DNA of 64,000 bases from Glaucostegus cemiculus. Lineage: Eukaryota. Position numbers and translations under genes: made by a program. Within the stretch, counting starts at the first letter, position 1; each line of letters opens with the position of its first letter. The notes below the pieces were generated by a model. The model was not told where the DNA came from. It searched no databases and saw only the letters and a program-made list of their open reading frames with translations. Positions 12,001 to 24,220 of the stretch are shown piece after piece. Where the stretch lies: contig CDPCPM010000014.1 in NCBI GenBank assembly GCA_976551045.1, positions 30,504,001 through 30,568,000 of the forward strand, given 5' to 3'.

Positions 12001-13811
12001 AGAATTATGTAATTAAAAGTGAAGAAAGTTCTAACAACTTAATTTAATCAGTTTAAGTTAACTTCAAGGCATTTAAAAAATTACTGCTCTTGATGAAAGA
12101 GTCAGCTTTTTTCCACATATTGATCAAACCCCTCAAATGAAAAGAAGTAACACTGAAGCAGACTTGGCCCAGGAGGCAGGAGGGGTTTGTCGGAGCTGTA
12201 AACATTGGCAGCAACAATACACTATTCTCTTTTCAGCTGAAAGAATAACTAAATAATTGGTTGAAATACCAGGTCTCTGGCAAAGTACAGTAGAAATCCT
12301 CAAAGCCACAGAAAGAAAATCTGATGCTATAGTTAATAACGAAACAAGTTTCTTTGGAACTCTGCTCTCAGTTTCACAATATCCTCCACCACAGTCAGCC
12401 TCTGAATAATAAGTGGCACAGCTGCAGTGCTGTATAAATATGTTTCTGCTCCATCCATTACAAAGTCTGAAAATCTGTAAAGCAATCACTGCCTGCTGGC
12501 AGAGACATGCTTCGATGTCAATTTTAGTAAGAAGTTGTTTTATTTCTTTCAGTATCAAAGCCCTGTTGTCCACAAAAACACACCCTTTGAAATGCATTGT
12601 GCAGTATCACTGTGGACCTCTTAATACCTTAGCATCATCAAAAAAATTGCCAGCAGTGACTAATGGGGACTGTCTTCAAAGTGAGGTGTTTTTCTGGTGT
12701 TACGTGTCTGAGTTTGTTTTCTCATATGACCCACTTGATCTTTGCAGTTATAAAGGATCGTAAGCAGCTGAGTCCTCATTCTGTGGTTTAAGTTGTACTT
12801 ACCTAAAAAACCTGAAAGGGACCTGGTGAGGTAAAGACTCAGGTTTCATTCTGTGAACCTAACCAGGGAACAAATTAATTGTCATGAACTGATTCCTACA
12901 GCAATTTAAATGCAAGTGGCCAAAGTATGCAGAGTTCCCTTCATATTATAGCTTGCTGCTGTTTTTGGTGTCATACTCGTAACTTCCAGTTTTGTCTTTT
13001 ATCCTTTTGTTAGGCTCCAATAAACACAGACCTTGCTCAATAAGCAAATTTTGTCCTTTATAGGATTATTGGTGAATTAGTCACTAATTATGTCATTGGT
13101 AATTAATCATTTGTTCAATATTTATCTTGCAGGGAAATTCAGGTGAAATCTACTGTGTGGCGCATTGCCAGCATAGAAAGGGGAGATGATGGGATGTATC
13201 AGCATCTAGCAGTTAGGTCACACAAAAAAAATTGAAGTTTCTTCAAGCACCACCCATTTTGGGGGCAAATCTTCCTAAACCTCCAATATAGTATATGCTT
13301 AGAATGAGCCTGATGTGCATCACAAGTCCTAATTGTTAAAGTTGAAAGAAATCAGAGTGTAATGCCTATAACATATGTAAGACCATTTTCACCTGCACAT
13401 AAGCCTGCTTAAAGCTCTGCAAAATTGCCTTGCTCTGTGGCAGCTGGAGCTGGCTTTACTCAGGAAATCCAGATCTATATGCTGTCGTAACCAATAAGCT
13501 GAGATTTAAAAACATTCTTACCTGAATGCAGAGGCAAGGAAGAGCAGGAGTACCCCTAACCAACTTATGTTTAAAGAAGCTGGTCAACACCATGATAGTA
13601 AATTAAAAGCCAGCGCCTGTCGTGAATATAAGCTTCAGGTTTCCCCATTTGGTACACTGATTGACCTCCCATTTGTGGGAGAAGGCAAAGTTTGAGTAAG
13701 ATGAGGTTTTAGGAAAGAAAGTCAATCTTTTTTTAATCAGCCATTGTAGTCTTGATGGACAAGGTGATCTTTTCCGGCCCAGATATTTTACATATTGATA
13801 ATCAGAAACTA

Positions 13812-14130
13812 ATGGGGTTCGACAGGGACTGGTGGTGGGTCCTCAACTACTAAAAATTGTATTTTCACTTGGATGAAGGGACTGGGTGTTCTTTAACCAA
13901 ATTTGCAGATGATTTTAGAATAGGCGGGTTACCAAGTTGTTAGGACACAGAAAGTCTGCAAAGAGACATAGATGGTTCAGTGAATGTGCGAGAAGTTGGC
14001 ATAGGGAATGTAATTTGGGAAAGTACAACATTATCCACTTTGGAAGATAGAACGAGAAAGCAAATTATCATTTAAAGGGAATGAAAACACAAAATGTTGT
14101 GGTACAAAGAGATTTGGGAGTCCTAACAAT
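13812..14130 (+). mobile_element. CR1 LINE RT fragment
   Basis: ggggttcgacagggactggtggtgggtcctcaacta (GVxQG.V.GPQL), aaatttgcagatgat (KFADD), ctgcaaagagacatagat (LQRDID), QRDLGVL. Confidence 0.8.
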
Positions 14131-14629
14131 GAAAGACAAAATATTAGCATGCATGTATGGGGTCATTTCAGTCCACTGCAGTGTAATTACCAATATCTCC
14201 AAGTTTGCTGTGCATGGTAGCATAAAGATATCAATGCTCTCTGCTGTAGGAGAAAAATGGAAAATTTTCTTCCCAAAGTGACGCAGGTCAAGTGAGCATA
14301 AGACACAGGATGGATTGTAGGCCTTCTCATGGGTCAAAACTGCTCTCAACTTTGTATCCTCATCATCAAAGTCACTTCCTAATCATTGAGCTCAGTGACT
14401 GGAGGAAGCACATAATACTTGCCTAGTCGCAGTACTCTGGTAGCATCGAGCGCACCTTCATCCTGCACCAGTCTTCTAACCCACCCCTATTTCTGTCAGA
14501 CTATCAAGTCACAGACTAGCTGCTGGATATGACTACAGGCTTCTGTCAGGAACTCGTGCTCTGCCACATGCTGCAAAGCCATTATTGGAAACCTTAGGCA
14601 AGTTCAGATAATGCTTACTGAAACAGTTG

Positions 14630-14800
14630 GATCTGGGTAAACATCAACATCCCAAACTATCCATTGAGGGTATTCAAAGGAATTGGGCTTTGTGTAGGTA
14701 GGTGGTGCCGAAGTAAATGATGATTTTTGATCTTCCTGAATGGAGGTACAGGAATGAAGGGCTGAATGGCCCATTCCAGCTTCGATTTCCTATATTCTTA
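14630..14800 (+). mobile_element. CR1 LINE 3' tail fragment
   Basis: gaatggaggtacaggaatgaagggctgaatggcccattccagcttcgatttcctatattctta. Confidence 0.65.
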
Positions 14801-15341
14801 AAAGCTTATCATGGGAGATGTAATTCTGTTTTATACTGCTCATATAATAAATGGCATTAAGCCAATACTGTACCAGAGTGCTGTGATACAGGGATAAAAA
14901 CAGTTCTATGTTTATCTATTAAGTCAATGACACTAAATTAATTTTGCAAGCGAGGAGGAACATAGGCTAGATTGTAGCAGACAGGGCTGCAGAAATATAC
15001 ATATTAGGTCAATACTGAAAGAAGAATTAAAAATGAAGCAGATCAATATAACATAAACATCAAGTATATGCAGTTTTTTATTTTCATTTGTAATATAAAC
15101 AGATATGTGACAATAACAGGTTCATATTTTGCAGAAATTTTTTTCTTGATCATCAGACTTGGATAGTAGCTGGCAAAGGAGCAGTTCTCCCTGCTGATTT
15201 AAGCTATAATCTGTTTTATATTTATACAGTGGCTTATTTTATTTCCCTTTTGTTACCGTATTTCTCTTTTCCCCAACATTGCTGACAGCAAAGCACCATT
15301 TGGGGTTGAATTTTTACTTCCCAACACATTGTGAGTCAGGG

Positions 15342-16852
15342 TCAGAATCAGAATCAGACTTATCATCACAATATGATGTGAAATTTGTTATTTTGCAGCA
15401 ACAGCACAGTGCAAGACAAAAAAACATAAATTACAAAAAATAAATAAATAGTACAAAGAAAAGGAATAATGAGGTACTGTTGACACAAGAAATTCAGCAG
15501 ATGCTGGAATCTGGAGCAATATGCAAAAATTGCTGGAGGAACTCAGCAGGTCAGGCAACATCCAAGGATCAGGCAGCAGATCAGGTAGTGTTCATGGACT
15601 GTTCAGAAATCTGATGGCAGAGGGGATGAAGCTGTTCCTGAATCATTGAATTTGTACCTTCAGGCTCCTTTACCTCCTCGCTGATGGTAGTAATGAGAAG
15701 AGAGCATGTTCTGGATGGTCAGGGTCCTTAAAGATGCATGCTGCCTTTTAGAGGCATCGCCTCTTAAAGATGTCCTCGATAGTGGAGAGGGTTGTACCTG
15801 TGATGGAGCTGGCTGAGTCCATAACCCTCTGCAGCTTCTTGTGATCCTGTGCATTGGAGGCTCCATCCCAGGCTATGATGCAACCAGTTGGAATGCTCTC
15901 CACCACACATCTATAGAAATTTGTAAGAGTCTTTGTGATGTACCAAATCTCCTCAAACTTCTAATGAAGTAGAACTGTTGGCATGCCTTCTTCATGATTG
16001 CATCAATGTGTTGGGCCCAAGATTGATCCTCTGAGATGTTGATGTTCAGGAACTGGAAGTAGCTCAACCTTTCCACCGCTGACCCTTGAATGAGGACTGA
16101 TGTGTGTTCTCCCGACTTTCCCTTCCTGAAGTCCACAGTCAGTTTCTTGGTCTTGCTGATGTTGAGTGCGAGGCTGTTATTGTGACACCACTCAACCAGC
16201 CAATTCATCTCACTCCTGTTAGTCTCCTCATCACCATCTGAGATTTTACCAACAATGTGGCCTTCTCTACACTTCAGTGGTGTCATCAACAAATTTATAG
16301 ATGGTTTTTGACCTGTGCTTAGCCACACAGTCATGAGTGTAGAGAAGGTAGAGCAGTGGGCTAAGCACACATCCTTGAGGTGAACCTGTGTTGATAGTCA
16401 GTGAGGAAGAGATGTTATTACTGATCCGCACTGACTTTGGTCTTCCGATAAGTAAGTCAAGGATCCAGTTGCAGAGGGAGGTACAGAGGTCCAGGTTTTG
16501 AAGCTTGGTTATTGGTACTGAGGGAATGATGGTGTTGAACGCTGAGCTGTAATCGATAAACAGTAGCCTGACGTGTGTCTTGTGGTTGTCTAACTGCTCC
16601 AAAGCCGAGTGGAGAGCCAGTGAGATTGTGCCTGCTGTCGACCTGTTGCAGCGGGTCCCGGTCCTTGCTCAGGCAGGAGTTAATTCTAGCCACAACCAAC
16701 CTGTTGAAGCATTTCATCACAGTAGATGTGAGTGCTACCGGGAGATAGTTGTTGAGGCAGCTCACCCTGCTAAACTTGATTGCTGCCCTTTTAAAGCAGG
16801 TGGGAACTTCAAACTGCAGCAATGAGAAGCTGAAGATGTCCTTGAACACTCT
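15342..16852 (-). mobile_element. Rex1/Babar LINE, 5'-truncated, frameshifted RT
   Basis: Minus ORFs [33 protein letters not shown]...CNWILD...[20 protein letters not shown]...KFVDDTT and WCHNNSLALNISKTK.L.VDFRK; 3' tail (tctgat)n at 15342-15358. Confidence 0.95.
15482..15582 (-). mobile_element. Short Penelope pLTR-derived insertion nested in the Rex1 3' UTR
   Basis: gcagatgctggaatctggagcaa...tgctggaggaactcagcaggtcaggca; flanked by imperfect direct repeat aggtactgtt (15472-15481) / aggtagtgtt (15583-15592). Confidence 0.7.
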
Positions 16853-17059
16853 TTGTAAACCATAGCATAGATTCTGTCCATCAAGTGGCACAACAGACAT
16901 GATCCGTACCATGTGACGACTCCAAGAAAAATGTAGGGAGTAACATCAGCTACTATACCTTATAAAAACCTTTGACTCAGTCAACCAATACATCTGTGGA
17001 CTGTTTCAGCATGAGGGAATTGTGATTTGAACCTAGCTTTCTTGCATATGTCTGCATAA

Positions 17060-18025
17060 GGATCATCCTCTGCCATTTCCGCCAGCTCCAACCCGAGCCC
17101 AGCACTTGTCATGTTGTCCCCTCTCTCCCATTTTTCTGCTTTCAGGACTCCTTGGTCCACTCATCCTTCCCCACCCATGTCTCTCCATCTCCTGGCACTT
17201 TCCTCTGAAACCAAAGGAGGTATAACACCAGTGTCTTCATCCTCACCACCAGCCAGGGACCTAAACAACCCTTCCAGGTGAGGCAGAGATTTACCTGCAA
17301 CAGGTTCTTAAACCCTGGTCTACTGCATTGAGTAACCACAGTGTGGCCTTCTCTACACTTCTGAAACCAAGCATGGACTGGGTGACTGTGTTGCTGAACA
17401 CCCACTTTCTATCTGCAGTGACCATCTCGAACTTCCTGTTGCATGTCATTTTAACCCTCCTTCCGACTCCCACATTGGCTTGTCTTTCCTCAGCCTTCTC
17501 CATTGCCTCCGCCTCCCATTGAAAACTGGAAGAATAACATCTCATCTTCTGCTTGGGTGGCTCACAATCCAATGGCATGAATTTTGAATCTTCCAATTTC
17601 AGGTGCCCTACGTGCCCAGGAGTCTGCTCCCACACACAGACATGTACATGATAACCTGGTTTTCCTCTCCCTCTGTTCATTCCTCCCATCCCCTCCTCAC
17701 ACCTGGTTCCATCTGCCCATCATTCTCCCTCTTCCCCTCCCCATCTGGCTCCACCTCTACCAGTCTCTGTCCCACCCTCCTCCCCCACCTGGTTCCATCT
17801 GCCCATCATCCCCTCCCTATCTGGTTCCACCTATCACCTACCATCCTCTTTAGCATCCCCTGACATAATGCTACATACTGACAATCTTTCCACTTCCTCT
17901 CAGTCCTGCTGCAGCGTCTTGACCCAAATCGTTGACCTTTTGCCTCCACAAACGCAGATTGACCTGCTGAATACTTCCAATGCTTTGTGTTTGTTCTAGA
18001 TTTCAACATTTGCAGCCTCTTTTAT
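17060..18025 (+). mobile_element. Penelope-like element 3' part (GIY-YIG endonuclease relic plus pLTR)
   Basis: IILCHFRQLQ, PFQVRQRFTC, LVYCI, CGLLY..ET, KLEE.HLIFCLG..QSNGMN.E motifs; pyrimidine-rich tandem region 17690-17850; hammerhead-like core 17901-17936; 3' end gacctgctga...gatttcaacatttgcag. Confidence 0.88.
17690..17850 (+). repeat. Imperfect pyrimidine-rich repeat (unit ~cctggttccatctgcccatca) inside the Penelope pLTR
   Basis: cacctggttccatctgcccatcat occurs twice with further variants; a reverse-complement counterpart lies at ~61370-61620. Confidence 0.7.
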
Positions 18026-18034
18026 CTGCAGAAG

Positions 18035-18880
18035 GGTCTTCCTGTGTTAATAGAACACCTGAACTTTAATGTAGGTAAAGCCTTTAAAATTAATGAACAT
18101 CCTGGGTCTTCGCAATTAATGAGACTCTATGTGATCAGGGGTGGCTTGATAGCCACAGGCATGCCATCAATTATGCCCTTCATTGTGGAAAGCCAGTCAG
18201 AGTTGCAAACCAGAGTCCCTGCTCATTCTGACAGGCCTTCAGGGTGTCAAAATTGATGTAATTGCCTGACTTTGAAAGCCCAACTGATGCATATCTAAGC
18301 AGGCAGCTGTAGGGTTGTGTATCTCTCTTCAACAGAGCTTTGAAAGGACATTGAGTCCGAGAAGCTGAGGGCAGCAGTCACTGGTGCAGCCACATGAAAA
18401 GCATGGACACCTAATCTAGTAAGAAGCAAATGGTGCTGAAAATGTTGACACAGAAAACTGTGGATGCTGGAATCTGAAGCAACAAACAATCTGCTGGAGG
18501 AGCTTAGAGGGTCCAGCAGCATCTGTGGGGGGGGGGGGGGGGGGGGAGGGGGGGAGATGGAATTGTCGGCAGGCTACCTTCCCTCTCCATGCTTAATCCT
18601 GATGCAGGGTTTTGACCCAAAATGCTGACCTTTCCTTTCACAGATGTTGTTTGACCCACTGAGTTCCCCCAGCGTATTGTTTGGTGCTGAAAATATTGCC
18701 AGATTTCCCCACTCCTGCTGTGACTCCCCAAGCCTCCTCAGACACCTGCTCAGACATGACAAGGAAATTCATCGTGGTTGGGGTAGAACCCCTTTGAGGT
18801 GGATCTCCTTGGTGATCCTCTCACTCCAGGGCAGCTATAGGTAGGTGAGGAGCAACCTGTTTCTAATTTGGAGGCTCGTG
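18035..18880 (-). mobile_element. Harbinger/PIF (HARBI1-like) DDE transposase relic, interrupted by an insertion at 18444-18681
   Basis: Minus frames give, in the correct order, NFLVMSEQ/CLRRL, HAFHVAAPVTAALSFSDSMSFQ, GNYINF...FATLTGFPQ, KGIIDGMPVAIKPP and MFINFKGF..IKVQ, collinear with HARBI1-type motifs (VTAALNF.ASGSFQ, GFP.V.G.IDCTHVAI, NRKGFHS.NVQ). Confidence 0.8.
18444..18681. mobile_element. Palindromic Penelope pLTR-derived short insertion with 13-bp TSD
   Basis: Two opposed pLTR ends; TSD tggtgctgaaaat at 18431-18443 and 18682-18694; internal G-run 18527-18554; hammerhead-like core 18597-18629. Confidence 0.8.
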
Positions 18881-19145
18881 CAGTTGCCCTCTCAGGCTGA
18901 CAGAATAATAACACCCATCATAAAGTGGCAGTGGACAGCGGCAATGATTAAATGGGCAATGTCTAAACTGAATGTGCACAATGCAAGCATAAATATTACA
19001 AAATCTCAAGCTATACTACCTTCTGAAGAGTAACTTTTATAAAGAAAGCTTTTTTTCAGAGTCACTCAAGAAAGCAGCTGTGAGGCTGGTGTATTTATTT
19101 ATTGCTAGGTTCTAATCCTCACCCTTCAACTAACACTGCCAGGCT

Positions 19146-19207
19146 CTTGCTAAGGAATGTCCATCTAGTTTGTTGGGTGAAAAACCAAATGGGCATTCCT
19201 TAGCAAG
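19146..19207. repeat. 62-nt hairpin (26-bp arms, 3 mismatches, 10-nt loop)
   Basis: cttgctaaggaatgtccatctagttt / aaaccaaatgggcattccttagcaag. Confidence 0.9.
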
Positions 19208-19379
19208 TTATGCTTCATGAGGTTGACTGTTCATCCGCCAAATTATCACCTGGTATCATATATGAGAAAAAAGCTACATTGTATTAGATAGCGGAGGGAG
19301 CTATTGATGCAAGGGTTCAGCAACTTCATACAAACTCAGAGCAATTGTCGGCCACTCAGCCTCTAGAGATGGATCCCGC

Positions 19380-19655
19380 ATTTAATAAGACCTTGGCTGA
19401 TCAGATTGTAACGTCAGCTCCGCATTCCTGTCCACACTCTCTGTAACCTTTCATCTCAATATCAGGAATCTATCTGCCGTTCTCTTAAAAAATATTCAAA
19501 TATTCTTCTTCTACTGCCCTTTGAGGAAAGGAGTTCCAAAGAATCTGAGGGAAAAACTTTTGCCTTGTCTCTGTTTTAAATGGTGGACCCCTTATTTATA
19601 ATTAGTGACCTATACTTATAGATTCGAAACACCCTCTTACATTCACCCTTTCAAG
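19380..19655 (-). mobile_element. CR1 LINE 3' fragment
   Basis: tttaataagaccttggctgatc...aatctatct...cttaaaaaatattcaa...gagttccaaaga...tgttttaaatgg. Confidence 0.65.
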
Positions 19656-20974
19656 CCTGTACAAGATGAAGAAAGGTAGTAAGGTAAATTAGCAGATAAT
19701 AAAGAACATATGTTACCTAGTAATTACTGCATTGGTAACAGCTATTGGAGAAGACAATTATAAAATAGACTTAATGATAGATTGTGAACACTGATCACAA
19801 TCCTATCAGGTATTCATGTGAATAGGATTATCTTTCCAGGAACCTTCTGCTCAGTCAGTTAAGGTGTATTAAGGTCAGCTGTTTTTTTTCTTCTCATGTC
19901 ACAAACTCATAAAACAAATATGAATTTTAACTATGTGGCAGGACTTGATGAGTGAGACACTTGCTTTTAAGTGACTCCACAATATTTCACTTTACTTCTC
20001 TACCTCAAATCCCTTTCAAGTATTGATTACTGTACGTCAACAAGGGCTTCCTGATGAGTTTAAATTTGCCTTCAATAATTTTAACCTATGCCTTCTAGTC
20101 CTAGTATTAGATTATGTAGTTTGAAATAGTGTTTGGAAGTACTTTTATCAAACCATTTCCTTTCTTATTCACCTCTGTTAGCTTTTTTCAGGCTGAAGAG
20201 GTTCAGTTTTTTATTCCCCAGTTATTCCATGGATTCTGCAGCAGAGAATTAGGTTGTTTGTCTCATGTGGTCTATTCCATGAGCTTCTTCCTATTCATTT
20301 TCTTAACCCGTTTAACATGTCCTTCTGTTCCTTTATCCCTCATGTGCTTCTCCAGCCTATACCTAAATGGAGTTTGCCCCAGATACTGCAAGTAGTAACA
20401 CATGCACATTCTATGGGCAAAGAATTTTCTCCTGAATTACCTTTAGGATCTATTAGTCACTAGATTCTTTTGACCTTTAGCTTTGGACTTTGGATGTGTG
20501 GAAACACTTATGCTGTGCTTACTCTATCAAATTTTAAAAACTTCTATTGGGTCACCTTTTTCCTAAGCTCATCTGATTCAACCTTTTCTGACAAGGAAAT
20601 CCCCTCAATTATATTTGAAGTATTTCCCTCATGGAAATTCATTTAACTGACCCCTGAGGTTGAATGACTTTTTTGATCATTATCACCACTTAAAGTGTGG
20701 TATGACAAAATAATTATATAGTTTTAACGTGACAAGCTACAACTGATATTGCACACACCTATATTCCATGCACTATGCTTAAGTTTTCTATTGGTTTTAA
20801 TTGCTCCTCCACTGTAAGTAACATCAGGCCACTAACACTTTTAAATTGCCTTCAATTGCAATCTCAGTTCTTTTAACACCATTCTAGTACATATGTTTTC
20901 CATTTTATAGCCAGTCAATGTGCAATACTCCCAGGTTCAATGAGTAAATGTGATACCTTTGCTGTACTCAGCAT

Positions 20975-21175
20975 TCAACAACAATCACTTACATCTATGT
21001 AGCAGTTTTAACATAGCAGAATGTCCCAATGTGCTTCACAGGAGCACTGTGAAACAAAATTTGGTCTTGAGTCACATAAAGAAATATTGGTGCAATTAAG
21101 CAAAATGTTGGTTAGGGAGATAGGGTTAACCCTATGTCTTAAAGGAGGAAAGAGAAGAGGAGAGGTGGAAATTCT
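20975..21175 (-). mobile_element. L2 LINE 3' end
   Basis: aacaacaatcacttacatctatgtagcagttttaacatagcagaatgtcccaatgtgcttcacaggag...tcttaaaggagga, a reverse-oriented L2 tail. Confidence 0.6.
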
Positions 21176-21317
21176 TGAAACTCTTGAAATTCATACCTTA
21201 GTGGATGAAGGCACAGCTGACAATGGATTAACTGGATTTTGGGAAGATTGAGTCTGGGATTGGGGATGGCAGATATTTTGGAGAATTCTAGGGCTGGAAG
21301 AAGTTAAAGAGATAGAA

Positions 21318-21637
21318 GGATACCTTTGGACAGTCAGACACTTTTCCCCAGGGCAAAAATGGCTAACACGAGGGGGCATAATTTTAAGGTGATTGGAAGA
21401 AGGTATAAGGGGGATGTCAGGGGTAAGTTTCTTTACACGGAGAGTGGCAGATGCATGGAACACACTGTCAGCAGAGGTTGTGGGGGCAGATACATTAGGG
21501 ACATTTAAGAGACTCTTAGATGGACACATGGATGATAGAAAAGTAGGGGGCTATGTGGAAGGAAAGGGTTAGATAGATCTTAGAGCAGTACAACATTATG
21601 GGCTGAAGGGCCTGTACTGTGCTGTAGTGTTCTATGT
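21318..21637 (+). mobile_element. CR1 LINE 3' end
   Basis: ORF SQTLFPRAKMANTRGHNFKVIGRRYKGDVRGKF; tail atgggctgaagggcctgtactgtgctgtagtgttctatgtt. Confidence 0.93.
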
Positions 21638-23869
21638 TTGAAGGATGTGAACTGTGCACCTGCTTGCATTTGGAGGTAGCAATGATGAAGTTCCTTTCAG
21701 TATGTCAGAGCTTAATATATACTTGAAAGATTATGTAATTCTATCTCAGCAGTGTTCCCAGGGGAGGGGACGATCCTTCCCTGGAGGGTGATCTCATTGG
21801 TCTCCACCTGTCACTTGCAGTTTATCGCAGCTGTGGGATCCTCCAGGAATTCCTGGTTGTTGAGATGTGCATCTGAGAAGTGAGGGCAAACGCGCCCTCT
21901 TACACAGCCTCCCTTGGAGCCATTTAGGAATACAGTTTGAGAAATGTTGCAGAGACCTGACATGAATGGGTTCAGAAATGAGCCAGCAGCTGAGTAACAA
22001 TGAGGCATTAATTATTGGCACCCTCACATTTCAAGCTGAAAGGTTGACATACACACTTAAAGCCTGCTTAGACATTTCCTTGAGTATTGTGATCAAATTA
22101 TATGTCTGACCTTCATTTGTATATGGAGATGTAGGTATTGCTCGCTTATCTAAGTGCAGTCCAGTTTCTAGGCAGCAGCTACCCTTGATATTATGCTACC
22201 CAGTAGGTGTAGTGAAGAAAAATTCCAGTGAGCACCAGTCATAATGATTTAATAGACTATAAACCCATATATCACTTTGAACTTTTATGTTCTTATGAGT
22301 TAACTGATCAAACCATAGCTACCTCAATTAGTTTTAGTGCAACAAGGCCAGAGAAAATTACATCTGCCAGGATTTCAAGATCTAATCGTTGTACAATTGT
22401 GGAATCCTGGTGAAAAAAGGATCAAGCTTCCTGGAATTTAGTTCTGAAATCAAATAGTCACCATTAGGGATCAGCAATAATCAAATAGCCATTAAATGAG
22501 ATAACACATGTCAGTCAGTGTTTATGGATTAGTACCCCTTCATGTGATACTGCACTAGATGGGGTGTGCTGGGAGTTAGAGGATGTTGGTTGGAGAAATA
22601 TTTGTATCAAAATCCATATACATGCAATGAAAGGTGTTAAAGTATTGCAGCAAATCAATTGCTATTCATATTGCCATAATAAAAAGATGCACAATGCACC
22701 TGAAGCCTAACATTTCTGTGGCCTTAAGCAGAATTGTACACCACCACAATCTGTGATTTCTTGCCCAGCCCATCCTTCAGTTGGTGACCACAATCAAAAC
22801 CGGACATCAACTCTGTTTGTAAGTAGTATAGAAGGGCGGGTCAGTAGTAACACCAGGCATAACACAGGAGATGAAAATCCCCAGTACCACACAGGATAAC
22901 TTAACTGATAAACAATGACAACTACAAGCTATGCACAGATGTAAGTTTTTTCACATTTAGCTAACCTGAGGAATGATTTGTAGTTCTACCACATCCAGAA
23001 TACTGCATATGGGGGATAATCAGTGGGGTAACAGAAGGACTAGGCTCCACAAAGTTTCCCGCTCTCAGCCATGAATGATTCCATCCCAAAGTAGCCAGGA
23101 GCAAGGCTAAGGTGTCCCTAACTAAAAGTGCAAAATGGATAATTCCACTGGATCTTCAGAAGCTCTTCTAATCATTGCCATCAACTCCATGCATATAAAG
23201 GATGAGATTGTGTTCTGAATACAGTAGAGGCAGAGTCCTTACAACATCCCAGCTGTGTGCAAGATTGAATCAAACCTGATCTGACCAAGTGTGACAAGTA
23301 GTTTCCCTAGAAAGATTGAAGTTAATTATAGTCCTGAAATCATACATAATGCAGAGAGAATCTGAATTCTAAGAGGCCAATCATTACAGCCCCAGATCAT
23401 CTTTATGATTCTTTTGGGGAATATTCTTGGCCAAATCATCTTCAAGTGCTTCAGTGAAATTTTTTTTTGTCTTCGTCATTAGGTTAAAACTGGCTCTGTT
23501 CGTCAATGGTGTTCAGATCTACCCATAACACCTCTGATAATGAACTGGCTCATGCCAACCAGGAACAGAACCTGGTCATATTGATTCATGTTATTGAGTT
23601 GGAGGTAATATTCGTGCAACATAAGGGTCAGGAAATGACAACGATGGAGAAGTAAAAGACCTGACAATCTGCTTGGACTTCCAGTTCCAGACCCATCTTC
23701 TATAGCAAACTGAAGCAGACTGGTCATATGAACTCTGACTACCAGACACAAGCTTGTCATGAACCTGATAGACTGCAAGATTTCTTTCTCTGTCTTACTA
23801 TTTAGGGAGTCTGAGAGCAGGATGAGAGCTGATAATCACCAAAATTAAATCAAACCCAATTTCTTTAAA

Positions 23870-24220
23870 CATTACTACCATCTTCAGGACTCAAGTCAGG
23901 AATGTGATAGACTATCACCACATGCCAACCTGGATACCACCACAACACTCGAAGCTCAACAGTATCTCTGACAATAATTTGTTTTTTTCCCATACCTGCC
24001 TTTGGACTCAAAATCCACTGCAGTATTTACAACCTGCAGGTGCCCTACATAACTTACCAAGATTACAGTGACTGAACCCTTGTCTGCAACCTTTATTATC
24101 AAAGAGTAGTTAATTTTGTGAATGCACCATCAGTACCAATCTATCTTTCAGGTCATGCTGCCCTGACTGGTACGTACATTGTCATTCCATCATAACTGAT
24201 GGGTCAGAATCTTAGAAGAG
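23870..24220 (+). mobile_element. Old CR1/L2-group LINE 3' fragment (same type as 31870-32790)
   Basis: accatcttcaggactcaagtcaggaatgtgatagactatcacc and gggtcagaatcttagaa; decayed. Confidence 0.45.

Noticed and set aside
12133-12597. 154-aa minus-strand ORF
   Set aside because: No recognisable domain or convincing splice boundaries; length is compatible with chance.
12698-13040. Solo LTR (tgttacg start, aataaa near end)
   Set aside because: No matching terminal inverted end, TSD or second copy could be identified.
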